Source: Casimicrobiaceae bacterium (GTDB lineage Bacteria > Pseudomonadota > Gammaproteobacteria > Burkholderiales > Casimicrobiaceae). From it: 64,000 nt of DNA. Within the stretch, counting starts at the first letter, position 1, and every line of letters begins with the position of its first letter. Shown here in pieces: positions 51,676 to 60,834 of this stretch. The stretch is from contig JBDTLK010000001.1 in the NCBI GenBank assembly GCA_039934835.1, positions 455 to 64,454 of the forward strand, in the 5' to 3' direction. Both the position numbers and the translations under genes were made by a program. The notes under the pieces were generated by a model. That model was not told where the DNA came from. It made no database searches and saw nothing but the letters and a program-made list of their open reading frames with translations.

Positions 51676-52962
51676 ATGATTCGAACCTTGTGCCGTCTCC
51701 TGTTGCTGTTCGGCGTGCTGGGCGCACTCGCGAACAGCGTGGCGCGCGCCCAGCTCACCATCGAAATCGTCGGCGGCGGAGCGACGACGATCCCCATCGC
51801 CATCGTGCCCTTCGCCAACGAAGGCACCTTTCCGCTGAGCGTGACGCAGATCGCCGGCAACGATCTTTCGCGCAGCGGCCTGTTCAAGATCGTCGACGCC
51901 GGCGGCGTCAACCCGCGCCCTGCCCGTCCCGAAGACGTGCGCTACGGCGATTGGACCTCGCGCGGCGCCGATGCGGTCGTCGTCGGCAGCATGACGCCGC
52001 TGGCCGACGGCCGGGTCGAAGTGCGCTTCTATCTCCTCGATGTCGTCAAGCACGCACTGCTCGCCGGGTTCACTTACGTGGTCGCTCCCGCGCAGGTGCG
52101 GGCCACGGCGCATCGCATCGCCGACGTGATCTACGAAAAGTTGACCGGCAGCGCAGGTGTGTTCAGCACGCGCATTGCCTACATCGCCAAGCAGGGCACG
52201 AAGTACGAGCTGTTCGTGGCCGAGGCCGACGGCTTCAATCCGCTGTCGATCGTCAGCTCCAACGAACCGCTGCTGTCCCCGGTTTGGTCGCCCGACGGCA
52301 CGCGCATTGCCTACGTTTCGCTGGAAAACAAGAAGCCGGTCGTCTACGTGCAGACATTGGCCACCGGTGCGCGCCACGTCGTCGCCAATTTCCGCGGCAG
52401 CAACAGCGCGCCTGCCTGGTCACCCGACAGCTCGAAGCTGGCCGTCACGCTGTCGAAGGACGGCGCCTCGCAGCTCTACCTGATCAATGCCGACGGCAGC
52501 GGCGTGCAGCGGCTGGCGACGTCGGCAGGCATCGACACCGAAGCGAACTTTGCGCCGGATGGACGGTCGATCCTGTTTACCTCGGATCGCGGCGGCAGCC
52601 CACAGATTTACCGGCTGACGCTGGCCAACGGCAGCGTCGAGCGCATGACCTATGAAGGCAGCTACAACGTCTCGCCGCGACACCTGCCCGATGGCAAGGG
52701 TTTCATCTTCGTGCGTCGCGATGGCAATCGCTTCAACATCGCGTTGCAGGATTTCGCGACCCGACAGGTGCAGGTGTTGACACAGGGCGCGCTCGACGAA
52801 TCGCCGAGCGTCGCACCGAACGGCAAGCTGGTCATCTACGCGTCGGAGATAGGGGGCCGTGGTATATTGGCCGCAGTCTCCAGCGATGGACGAGTCAAGC
52901 AGCGGTTGACCGCGGCGGCGAGCGATGTGCGCGAGCCGGCGTGGGGCCCGCTGGTCAAATAG
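51676..52962 (+). CDS. tolB: Tol-Pal system beta-propeller protein TolB
   Basis: ATG at 51676. Signal peptide, ...IAIVPF... and ...RIAYI...SPVWSPDG.RIAYVS...SAPAWSPD... are repeated propeller blades. Confidence 0.92.
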   Translation: MIRTLCRLLLLFGVLGALANSVARAQLTIEIVGGGATTIPIAIVPFANEGTFPLSVTQIAGNDLSRSGLFKIVDAGGVNPRPARPEDVRYGDWTSRGADAVVVGSMTPLADGRVEVRFYLLDVVKHALLAGFTYVVAPAQVRATAHRIADVIYEKLTGSAGVFSTRIAYIAKQGTKYELFVAEADGFNPLSIVSSNEPLLSPVWSPDGTRIAYVSLENKKPVVYVQTLATGARHVVANFRGSNSAPAWSPDSSKLAVTLSKDGASQLYLINADGSGVQRLATSAGIDTEANFAPDGRSILFTSDRGGSPQIYRLTLANGSVERMTYEGSYNVSPRHLPDGKGFIFVRRDGNRFNIALQDFATRQVQVLTQGALDESPSVAPNGKLVIYASEIGGRGILAAVSSDGRVKQRLTAAASDVREPAWGPLVK

Positions 52963-52981
52963 GTACCCATCAGGAGAACCC

Positions 52982-53533
52982 ATGCAACGACTACTCTTCA
53001 GTGCGCTCTGCGCGATTCTGCTCGCCGCTTGTCAGACCACGTCGACCACCAAGGACGCGGGCGCGCCAGTCGAGGAACGCAGTCCCTCGACCGGAACGAC
53101 CGGCGCAGCGACGACCGGCACCTCGACCGGGGGCGTCACCGGCAGCGCGACCGGCACCAGCGGGGCCGGCAATCCGCTGCGGGACCCGTCGAGCCCGCTG
53201 TCGAAGCGTATCGTCTATTTCGACTACGACAGCTACGTCATCAAGGACGAATTCAAGCCGATGATCGAAGCGCACGGCCGCTACCTGCAGGGCAACCGCG
53301 GCGCGCGCATGACCATCCAGGGCAGCACCGACGAACGCGGCAGCCGCGAGTACAACATCGCTCTCGGTCAGCGCCGCGCCGACGCCCTCAAGAGAATGTT
53401 GCTGCTCTACGGCGCGACCGAAGTTCAGGTCGAGACGGTGAGCTTCGGCAAGGAAAAGCCGCGACGTGATGGGCACGACGAAGCTTCGTGGACTGAAAAC
53501 CGCCGCGACGAAATCGTCTTCGTCGGCGAGTAG
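52982..53533 (+). CDS. pal: Peptidoglycan-associated lipoprotein Pal
   Basis: ATG at 52982 with AGGAGA upstream. Lipobox LLAAC, and an OmpA-like domain ...VYFDYDSYVIKDEF...GSTDERGSREYNIALGQRRA... Confidence 0.92.
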   Translation: MQRLLFSALCAILLAACQTTSTTKDAGAPVEERSPSTGTTGAATTGTSTGGVTGSATGTSGAGNPLRDPSSPLSKRIVYFDYDSYVIKDEFKPMIEAHGRYLQGNRGARMTIQGSTDERGSREYNIALGQRRADALKRMLLLYGATEVQVETVSFGKEKPRRDGHDEASWTENRRDEIVFVGE

Positions 53534-53541
53534 ACTCGATC

Positions 53542-54402
53542 GTGCCGCGTTTCATCACCGGCACGCGCGTGGCGCGCGTCGGCGCCGCGCTGGGAATGGC
53601 GCTGGCACTGACAGTGACATTGGCGAGCGCTCCGGCGCGCGCGGCGATGTTCGATGACGACGAAGCGCGCAAACGCATTGACACGCTCAAGGCCCGCGTC
53701 GATCAGCTCGAGCAGTCATTATCGCAGCGGTTCGAGCGCATCGAAACCAAGGACGCGGCGCTGGTCGACATGTTTCGCGATGTCGAGCAGATCAAGGCGG
53801 AAATAGCGCGTCTGCGCGGACAGTACGAGGTCCTGACCTACGAGCTTGAGCAGGCGCAAAAGCGCCAGCGCGATCTGTATCTGGATCTCGACAGCCGGCT
53901 GCGCAAGATCGAAGGTGGCCCCGGCGCAGCCGCGGCGGCGGTGGACAGCTCCCCGCCGGCGACGGCCGGACCTGGCGCGGCAGCCGCCCCGGGCACCGCC
54001 GCGGCAGCCACGGGGCGACCGGGCGATCCGGCGCTCGAGCAACGCACCTACGATGCCGCACTCGACCAGTTCAAGAGCGGCGGTTACGCCGCGGCGATTA
54101 CGAACTTCCAGGCGTTCGTGAAGAATTATCCGAAGAGCCCGCTGGCGCCGTCAGCGCTGTACTGGGTCGGCAATGCGCAGTACGCGCAGCGCGATTTTCG
54201 CGGCGCGATCGCGACGCAGCGGCAGTTGCTCGCGACGTATCCGGACAGCCAGAAAGTACCCGATGCGCTGCTCAATGTCGCCAGCTGCCAGGTCGAGCTC
54301 GGCGACACCGCCGGCGCCAGGCGCACGCTCGAAGACATCGCCGCCAAGTATCCAACGTCCGAAGCGGCGGGCAAGGCGCGTCAGCGTCTTGCCGGACGCT
54401 AG
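53542..54402 (+). CDS. cpoB: Tol-Pal system protein CpoB/YbgF
   Basis: GTG start. Signal peptide, N-terminal coiled-coil, and C-terminal TPR region ...YDAALDQFKSGGYAAAITNFQAFVKNYPKSPLAPSALYWVGNA... Confidence 0.88.
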   Translation: MPRFITGTRVARVGAALGMALALTVTLASAPARAAMFDDDEARKRIDTLKARVDQLEQSLSQRFERIETKDAALVDMFRDVEQIKAEIARLRGQYEVLTYELEQAQKRQRDLYLDLDSRLRKIEGGPGAAAAAVDSSPPATAGPGAAAAPGTAAAATGRPGDPALEQRTYDAALDQFKSGGYAAAITNFQAFVKNYPKSPLAPSALYWVGNAQYAQRDFRGAIATQRQLLATYPDSQKVPDALLNVASCQVELGDTAGARRTLEDIAAKYPTSEAAGKARQRLAGR

Positions 54403-54444
54403 CCGCGCCCGCCTCGCACACGCTCGTCGCCCGGGCAGTCGCCG

Positions 54445-55479
54445 ATGACAGCGTTCGCGGCACGCCTCATCGACTGGCAGCGGCAATCGGGTCGGCGCGA
54501 CCTGCCGTGGCAGAACACCTGCGACCCGTACCGCATCTGGCTCTCCGAGATCATGCTGCAGCAAACGCAGGTCGCGACGGTGATCCCGTACTTCCAGCGC
54601 TTCCTTGCCACGTTTCCGAATGTGCAGGCGTTGGCCGCTGCACCGCTGGGCGAAGTCCTCGCGCACTGGAGCGGGCTCGGCTATTACCGCCGCGCGCACC
54701 TGCTGTATCGCGCCGCACAGGATGTCGTCACAAGGCATGGCGGCGTATTTCCGCGCGATGCGCAGGGCCTGACGACGCTGCCGGGCATCGGTCGCTCGAC
54801 CGCGGCGGCGATTGCCGCTTTTGCCTATGGCGAACGCGGCGCGATTCTCGACGGCAATGTCAAGCGCGTGCTCGCCCGTCACGAAGGCGTGGCCGGGTTT
54901 CCGGGCGACGTGACGGTCGTACGCGCTCTGTGGGCGCGCGCCGAAGCCTTGCTGCCCCGCGCCGACATCGGCACCTACACGCAGGCGTTGATGGATATGG
55001 GCGCAACGGTGTGCCTGCGCGCGAAGCCGCGCTGCGACGCGTGCCCCGTCGCCGAAGATTGCGTCGCGCGGCGCGAAGAGCGCATTGCGGAATTGCCGGC
55101 ACCACGCCCGAAAAAGGCCTTGCCGAGACGCGACATCAGCGTGCTGCTGCTCGAACGCCGCGGCGAGGTGCTGCTGGAGCGGCGCCCCGCGACCGGCATC
55201 TGGCCCGGGTTGTGGAGTCTCCCCGAGGCCGACACCGAGATCGACGTCGTGCGCCACTGTCAGCAACGCTTCGGCGCCGATGTGGTGGCGGGCGCGCCGT
55301 TGCTCGCCATCGAGCATGCGTTCACCCACTATCGGCTGACGCTCACGCCGCGGCCGTGCGCGGTGCAGCGCTGGCCGAAGCGCGCCGAGGAACCCGGATG
55401 GCTGTGGTTGCCGCTGGCCGATGTCGCCGGTGCCGCGTTGCCGGCGCCGATCAAGAAACTGCTACGTTCGCGCGCCTAG
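54445..55479 (+). CDS. mutY: A/G-specific adenine DNA glycosylase
   Basis: 344 aa. ...DLPWQNTCDPYRIWLSEIMLQQTQV..., HhH-GPD ...LPGIGRSTAAAI..., 4Fe-4S cluster CX6CX2CX5C (CLRAKPRCDACPVAEDC), and a NUDIX-like C-terminus. Confidence 0.92.
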   Translation: MTAFAARLIDWQRQSGRRDLPWQNTCDPYRIWLSEIMLQQTQVATVIPYFQRFLATFPNVQALAAAPLGEVLAHWSGLGYYRRAHLLYRAAQDVVTRHGGVFPRDAQGLTTLPGIGRSTAAAIAAFAYGERGAILDGNVKRVLARHEGVAGFPGDVTVVRALWARAEALLPRADIGTYTQALMDMGATVCLRAKPRCDACPVAEDCVARREERIAELPAPRPKKALPRRDISVLLLERRGEVLLERRPATGIWPGLWSLPEADTEIDVVRHCQQRFGADVVAGAPLLAIEHAFTHYRLTLTPRPCAVQRWPKRAEEPGWLWLPLADVAGAALPAPIKKLLRSRA

Positions 55480-55516
55480 TGTGCGCCCGGAGGACTTTTC
55501 GTAGCGTTGTGCGCGG

Positions 55517-56674
55517 CTACGGCTTGATTGCGCGCAAATCGGGCGGCAGCAGCGCGTCGGCGCGCTCCTTGTATGCGGCGCGAAACTCTTTTAGCTCCTT
55601 AACCGCTTCGTCGTTGCGGCCTTCGCTTTGCAGCTTGCGAATGAGTTTGATCCACTCGTCGGCGGGGCGCGGCACGGTATCCTTGGCCAGCTTCTCGGCC
55701 AGCGCTGCGGACCCGGCGCTGCGCTGCGCGGACAGTGCTCCCGTCATTTCCGCTGGTGCGGGCGCCGGTCGGTTCATCGCCGGCGCGGCGGGTGGGGGCG
55801 CGGGCGCAGGCGCTTGGGCAGGTGCTGCGGCAAGGGCGGGCGGTGGCGCAGGGGCGGGCGCTGCCGGCGCCGCGGCGGCGAACTTGTCCTTCGCCGCGGT
55901 TGCGGGAAAAGGCTCCGCGCGCGCTTTGGCCGCGGCTTCCGCTGCCTCTTGCCGGGCACTGGCTTCCGGCTTCGATTTCTTGTCGAGTTCGCGACCAGTT
56001 TCGGCGGTCGCGTCGGCAGCGTCGCCACGCGTCTGGTCGCGCAGGCGCGCGGCGCTTGGCGACTGAGGCTTTGCCTCGGGCTCGGGAGCAGGCGCTTGCG
56101 CGAGTTCTTTGCGCGCGCGAGCGGCGAATCGCTCGCCGGTGGGCCCGTCCGCGACGGCGGCGCTGCGCTGCGGCGCTTCGGCCTCAGCCGGGTTGCGCTT
56201 GGCCGGTGCCGCGACCGGCGCACGTGGGGTCGGTGACACTGCGCCGGATGCAGCGGGTGAGGCGGGTACGCTAACGGGTGCGTCGCGTTTGGCGGATCCC
56301 GCATCCGTGGCGCCGCTATTGGCGGCAACGGTAACGGGGGCATCGTTCTTGGCGGGCTCGGCGACAACCGGTGCTGCGGTGCCGGCGGGTTTCGCTGCGT
56401 CCTGCAGCTTTTGTCGCGGCGATGAACTGTCGGCATCCAGTCCCGGCGTGACCTGTTCCGGCGGCGTCAATTGCAGTAGCCCGATGGCGAACACCGCCAT
56501 CACCGCGGCCGCGGCGAGCGGCCAGGTGCGCATATGTTTTGCGCGCGCCGGTCCTGCTCCGACGGCGCGGCGCGCCGCCGCGCGCAGCGCGTCGTCGAGC
56601 GCGCCAGGCGGCTCGTCACGGCTGGCGGCACGCCAGGCGGCAGCGACTTCGCGGTCGTTATCGGCGGGGTTCAT
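55517..56674 (-). CDS. Putative anti-sigma factor: single-pass membrane protein with an extreme Ala/Pro low-complexity periplasmic region
   Basis: ATGA-coupled to the ECF sigma gene. N-terminal 45 aa, then a TM helix (WPLAAAAVMAVFAIGLLQL), about 270 aa of A/P/E/K-rich sequence, and a conserved-looking C-terminal helix pair (DEWIKLIRKLQSEGRNDEAVKELKEFRAAY). No zf-HC2 motif. Confidence 0.6.
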   Translation of the reverse strand: MNPADNDREVAAAWRAASRDEPPGALDDALRAAARRAVGAGPARAKHMRTWPLAAAAVMAVFAIGLLQLTPPEQVTPGLDADSSSPRQKLQDAAKPAGTAAPVVAEPAKNDAPVTVAANSGATDAGSAKRDAPVSVPASPAASGAVSPTPRAPVAAPAKRNPAEAEAPQRSAAVADGPTGERFAARARKELAQAPAPEPEAKPQSPSAARLRDQTRGDAADATAETGRELDKKSKPEASARQEAAEAAAKARAEPFPATAAKDKFAAAAPAAPAPAPPPALAAAPAQAPAPAPPPAAPAMNRPAPAPAEMTGALSAQRSAGSAALAEKLAKDTVPRPADEWIKLIRKLQSEGRNDEAVKELKEFRAAYKERADALLPPDLRAIKP

Positions 56675-57258
56675 CGTTGTGACTCATGGATATCGGACAG
56701 CTCGCTGCGCAGCTTGCCCAGCGCATAGCGCAAGCGGCTCTTGACGGTCTCGACGCCGGCCCCGGTGAGCTCGGCGATTTCGGCGAGCGACAGGCCGCCT
56801 TCGTGTTGCAAAAGGAACGCTTCGCGCTGCGCCCCGGGCAACGCGGCAACCGCGGCCTTGAGCCGATCGCCGAGTTCGTTGTTGCCGGCACGCGCTTCGG
56901 GCTCGTCGGCGAGCGCGCCGGGAATTGCGCCGACTTCGTCAGCGTGCGCATCGTCGTCCACCGACACCAGTCGCACCTGGCCGCTCGCCCGGTAGTAATC
57001 GATGAGCCGGTTGTGGGCCAGGCGATAGAGCCAAGTGGTGAATTTCGCGGTGGGGACATAGGTCGCGCGGACCCGAATCAGGTTCATCCATACGTCCTGG
57101 AACATTTCGTCGGCGACGCCGCCCTGGCTGCACTGGCGCAGAAAGTAGCGATAGACGCCGCCCCGGTGCCGCGCGTACAAAGCATCGAATGCCGCGGCGT
57201 CGCCCGCGGCGTACGCGAGCATGAGGTCTTCGTCGCTGGACGCGTCCTGGGCCGGCAT
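56671..57258 (-). CDS. ECF-type RNA polymerase sigma-70 factor
   Basis: 195 aa. Region 2 ...FDALYARHRGGVYRYFLRQC...DVWMNLIR... and region 4 ...REAFLLQHEGGLSLAEIAELTGAGVETVKSRLRYA... Confidence 0.9.
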   Translation of the reverse strand: MPAQDASSDEDLMLAYAAGDAAAFDALYARHRGGVYRYFLRQCSQGGVADEMFQDVWMNLIRVRATYVPTAKFTTWLYRLAHNRLIDYYRASGQVRLVSVDDDAHADEVGAIPGALADEPEARAGNNELGDRLKAAVAALPGAQREAFLLQHEGGLSLAEIAELTGAGVETVKSRLRYALGKLRSELSDIHESQR

Positions 57259-57373
57259 GACCCAAGTATGCCCGTGGCGTATGGGCCGAACAACCGCCGC
57301 GACCCGCGCCCATTCGAGCGCACCGCACCTTGCCGCAACCGGCCGGACGTGCCGCCGGTCGCGGTGGGTGTGG

Positions 57374-58192
57374 CTAGCGAGGCGCAGGCACGAACCGGTT
57401 GCGCTCCGGAAACGGATTGGGAGACAGGCGCGCCAACGGCGGGGTACCGACCGGAACGCCCTGCGCCAGCAGATTCTGGTACGAGTCGTAGTAGATCGCG
57501 ATGGTCTCGATCGGGCTCTCGCTGGCGCGCTGGAACGTCGTGTACTGGGCGTTGGAGTTTTCGGTGCGCCCGTAGCCCGTGCCTAGTTTCTGCTTCGCCT
57601 GAGCCTGCTCGTTTTGCATTTCGGCAGGAGGCGAAGCCGGCATCGCCGCGTCGGCGCTGGCGGCTTTGGCGGAACGTTGCGGCGCATCCTGCCGATCGCG
57701 TTCCATGCGGCCCAGCGCGAGCGGTGGCCGCCGCTTTTCCAGGAACACCGCCACGCCGATGACCCCGAGATTGTCCGGGCGCCCGGTGCGCGTCGCGTAG
57801 GAATCGGCCAGCGTCGTGAAATAGAACGCGGCAGTGCGTGAGATGTCGGTCCGCCACCCGGCGATGTCCGCGGACTCCGCCGGTCCGAGCACGTAACCGG
57901 ACTGCGCGGGTGACGCGGTATCGCCGGTAATAATGTTGACGCCGTCGACGCTCATCACCGCAAGCGCGCGCTCGCCGCTGTTGTTGCGCACGCGAATCGC
58001 GTACTCATTGCCGGGCTTGCCGACGACGTAGCGGCGGCCGCCGTGCTCGTAGATCGGCAGGACACGCCCTTCGCTGCGATCGTAGATTTCCACATTCACG
58101 CGCGCGGTGGGCCAATGGGCGAGGGCGCCGCCCGAGAACGGCAATACGGATGCGAACAGCAGGACGCGGGTGTATTTCCACGAGTTCAACAT
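57374..58192 (-). CDS. Secreted hypothetical protein upstream of the ECF sigma gene
   Basis: ATG at 58192 with AAGGAG 7 nt upstream. Signal peptide MLNSWKYTRVLLFASVLPFSGGALA. I recognise no family. Same strand as the sigma gene, 115 nt upstream of it. Confidence 0.65.
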   Translation of the reverse strand: MLNSWKYTRVLLFASVLPFSGGALAHWPTARVNVEIYDRSEGRVLPIYEHGGRRYVVGKPGNEYAIRVRNNSGERALAVMSVDGVNIITGDTASPAQSGYVLGPAESADIAGWRTDISRTAAFYFTTLADSYATRTGRPDNLGVIGVAVFLEKRRPPLALGRMERDRQDAPQRSAKAASADAAMPASPPAEMQNEQAQAKQKLGTGYGRTENSNAQYTTFQRASESPIETIAIYYDSYQNLLAQGVPVGTPPLARLSPNPFPERNRFVPAPR

Positions 58193-58301
58193 GGTGATGC
58201 TCCTTGGGCCGCGGCGCGGCAAGACGTCGATGCATGCTGTAAACGGGGGTCGGGCCGAGGCGGGGTTAGCACTGGGCCACATGCGATAATCGCCCTCGGT
58301 C

Positions 58302-59420
58302 ATGGAACCCGCCAATCACTCCCCCGCGTTGATCGCGTGGCTCGCCTTTGGCCTCGCGTTCGTGTTCGGCGCGGTGGCTAACCGCATGAACTTCTGCACC
58401 ATGGGCGCGATCACCGACGTGGTCCACGTCGGCGATTGGCGGCGCCTGCGCATGTGGCTGCTCGCGATCGCGGTGGCGATCACCGGCGTCGCGGCACTGG
58501 ACGCCGCGGGACAGGTCGACTTCGGCAAGACGATCTACACCGCTCCGCAAGTGGCGTGGGTATCGTGCCTGTTGGGGGGCTTCCTGTTCGGTTTTGGGAT
58601 GACGCTCGCGTCCGGATGCGGCAGCAAGACCCTGATCCGCGTCGGCACCGGCAACCTCAAGTCGCTGGTGGTTCTGATCGTGCTGGCCATCGCGGCGTAC
58701 ATGACGCTCAAGGGCCTATTCGCGGTGTGGCGCGTGAACCTGCTCGATCCGTTTCGCTTCGACACCGCGCGCTTCGGCGCCGGACACTCGGACCTGTCGA
58801 GCGTGGTTGCCGCGCTGTCCGGCGGCGGCGCGGCGTTGCGCATCGCGCTGCCCCTGGCGATCGCGGCGGCGATCGCGGTGTTCGTCCTCGTCAGCCGGGA
58901 TTTCCGCGAGTCGGGCGGCATGATCGTCGCCGGGGTGGTGATCGGCGCGGTCATCGTCGGCGGTTGGTACGTTTCGGGGCACCTCGGTTATATCGCGGAG
59001 GATCCGCGCACGCTCGAGGAAACGTTCATCGCCACCAATTCGGGGAAGGCGGAGTCGTTTTCTTTCGTGGCTCCGACCGCATATCTGCTCGAACTCCTGA
59101 TGCTGTGGAGCGATCAGTCGCGCATCCTGACGTTCGGCGTCGCCGGGGTTCTGGGGATGCTGCTGGGATCGGCCGCGGTGGCACTGGCGACCCGCACCTT
59201 TCGCTGGGAGGGATTTGCCTCGGTCGAAGATCTGGTCAACCATATGGCCGGTGGAGTGTTAATGGGGTTTGGCGGCGTCACCGCCTTGGGCTGCACCATC
59301 GGCCAGGGCCTGTCCGGCGTGTCGACGCTGGCGCTGGGCTCGATTCTCGCGCTGGCCGGGATCGTGGCGGGTTGTGTGGCGGCGCTGAAGTACCAATATT
59401 GGCGTATAGAGGTCGACTGA
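58302..59420 (+). CDS. YeeE/YedE-family sulfur-compound (thiosulfate-type) transporter
   Basis: 372 aa. Two repeats carrying the conserved Cys motifs (...NRMNFCTMGA..., ...TLASGCGSKTL..., ...GVTALGCTIGQG...). Confidence 0.8.
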   Translation: MEPANHSPALIAWLAFGLAFVFGAVANRMNFCTMGAITDVVHVGDWRRLRMWLLAIAVAITGVAALDAAGQVDFGKTIYTAPQVAWVSCLLGGFLFGFGMTLASGCGSKTLIRVGTGNLKSLVVLIVLAIAAYMTLKGLFAVWRVNLLDPFRFDTARFGAGHSDLSSVVAALSGGGAALRIALPLAIAAAIAVFVLVSRDFRESGGMIVAGVVIGAVIVGGWYVSGHLGYIAEDPRTLEETFIATNSGKAESFSFVAPTAYLLELLMLWSDQSRILTFGVAGVLGMLLGSAAVALATRTFRWEGFASVEDLVNHMAGGVLMGFGGVTALGCTIGQGLSGVSTLALGSILALAGIVAGCVAALKYQYWRIEVD

Positions 59421-59443
59421 AAGCCTCGCCCGGAGCAGCGACG

Positions 59444-59869
59444 ATGATCGTGTACGAGCTGGCATGTACGCATGAACACCGGTTCGAGGGTTGGTTTGCC
59501 TCGGCCGATGACTACGCGCGCCAGCATGCCGACACGCTGATTCGCTGCCCGGTCTGCGACGACGCCACGATCGAACGACGGCCGTCGGCTAACGTCCAGA
59601 TCGGCCGCGCGGCGATACCCGCGGGTGAGCGTCCCGCTACCGCAGTCGCTGGTGGCGAGGCCGAAGTGCTGCAAAAGCTCCGCCGCATGATCGCGCAGAC
59701 CGACGACGTCGGCGCGGCGTTTTCCGAGGAAGCGCGCAAGATCCATTACGAAGAAACGCCAGCGCGGGCCATTCGCGGTCAGGCCACGCGCGACGAAGCC
59801 GAGGCGTTGCGCGACGAGGGCATCGATTTTCTGTCGTTGCCCACCGCGCTTACCCGCAATTTGCAGTAG
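59444..59869 (+). CDS. DUF1178-family zinc-ribbon protein
   Basis: ATG at 59444 inside ORF 58436..59869. MIVYELACTHEHRFEGWFASADDY...IRCPVCDD... is typical of DUF1178. GGAG lies upstream. Confidence 0.75.
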   Translation: MIVYELACTHEHRFEGWFASADDYARQHADTLIRCPVCDDATIERRPSANVQIGRAAIPAGERPATAVAGGEAEVLQKLRRMIAQTDDVGAAFSEEARKIHYEETPARAIRGQATRDEAEALRDEGIDFLSLPTALTRNLQ

Positions 59870-59899
59870 CACCACGAACTCGGCGTCATGGCGCTGAAC

Positions 59900-59923
59900 G
59901 CGCGGATTGGCTATAATCCGCGC
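59900..59923 (+). promoter_or_regulatory. Candidate tRNA-Lys promoter: TATAAT (59912-59917) embedded in a 9-bp perfect inverted repeat
   Basis: GCGCGGATT-ggctat-AATCCGCGC. The TATAAT ends 13 nt before the mature tRNA 5' end. Confidence 0.35.
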
Positions 59924-59930
59924 CCTTCGG

Positions 59931-60006
59931 GGGTCGTTAGCTCAGTTGGTAGAGCAGCGGACTTTTAATCCGTTGGTCGCCGGTTCAAGTCCGGCACGGC
60001 CTACCA
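59931..60006 (+). tRNA. tRNA-Lys (anticodon UUU)
   Basis: 76 nt folded by hand. Acceptor GGGUCGU/ACGGCCU (two G-U pairs), D-arm AGCUCAGUUGGUAGAGC, anticodon loop CUUUUAA, T-arm GCCGG-UUCAAGU-CCGGC, encoded CCA. Confidence 0.92.
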
Positions 60007-60306
60007 AAAAACAAAGCGTTGCGTCAACCCGAAGCTCTTCGCTTCCTTGGTACAAGACAAAACGTAACATCACGTTTCTGTCACGGCCACGCTCGACTTC
60101 TCGTCGCTGCCGTCGCCAGATGCTCGCCGCCGATCACGACGCCGCGAAGACCGCTGCTCGCGCAGCTGGTTCGCCGCTGCACGCCCAAAGTCGTTCCTGA
60201 CCGACAATGCCGGTGCAATACCATGAAACCTGATTACGCTCGCACTGCGACGTATGATATTTGCCATCACGACACTCTGCCGGTTTGACCGGCGCACGGA
60301 GCAACC

Positions 60307-60544
60307 ATGTCACTCATCACCGGCCTTCTCGAGAAGCCCGCCATCGTAAATGCAGCAGCGGCAAAGTACTCAACGATTAACGGCTTCATCTATCTCGCAC
60401 TCGGAGTGCTGTTGATTCTCTGGCCGGGGCTATTGCCTTCTCGTTTTTACCGGCGTGTTCCCTCACGTGTTGTTGGCATTTACTTTGCTCGACGTGTCCC
60501 TCGGCATCGGAGCGTGGGTGCGTTTCAATCGAACGAAGTGGTGA
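60307..60544 (+). pseudogene. Frameshifted small membrane-protein gene (or sequencing frameshift)
   Basis: The ORF from 60307 reads MSLITGLLEKPAIVNAAAAKYSTINGFIYLALGVLLILWPG and then degenerates into Arg-rich sequence. The +1 frame continues hydrophobically (...LLVFTGVFPHVLLAFTLLDVSLGIGAWVRFNRTKW*), ending at 60544. Confidence 0.35.
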
Positions 60545-60834
60545 CACCGACGGCGGAGCGCGCGACGCGCAAGCCGTAGAGGAGTTTCCGCCAGCATTCC
60601 CGTCCGGTCCAGAGCCGCTGACCAGAAAGCGGCGCTTCGGTGTGCCTCTTGCTGCTGTATCGAATCGGCCCACGGCGCTAGTCCGGGTGCTTTCGGCACC
60701 TTTGGGCAAATCTCATTGCACCTAAGGGCAGCGCTCAAGTCACCAATGGCCGATGCGCAACGATGTGCGTCGGATCAACATTCCACCTCGTGTGCAGCCT
60801 AGGGCCTGCTGGGGCGGGCGCAAACCGCGAAAGA

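Noticed and set aside
54507-56066. 519-aa plus-strand ORF overlapping mutY (alternate frame) and the anti-sigma gene (antisense), plus several other 180-220-aa ORFs between 55600 and 56750
   Set aside because: The GC-rich Ala/Pro-coding repeats of the anti-sigma gene keep all six frames open. Only the minus-strand frame has the ATGA coupling to the sigma gene, a TM helix and a sensible N- and C-terminus.
57259-58301. ECF-type promoter (AAC-N16/17-CGT) upstream of the sigma gene or of the secreted-protein gene
   Set aside because: The best candidate (TAACC...CCGTTT upstream of 58192) has a spacer of about 19 nt, which is too long. Nothing convincing lies in the 115-nt gap before the sigma gene.
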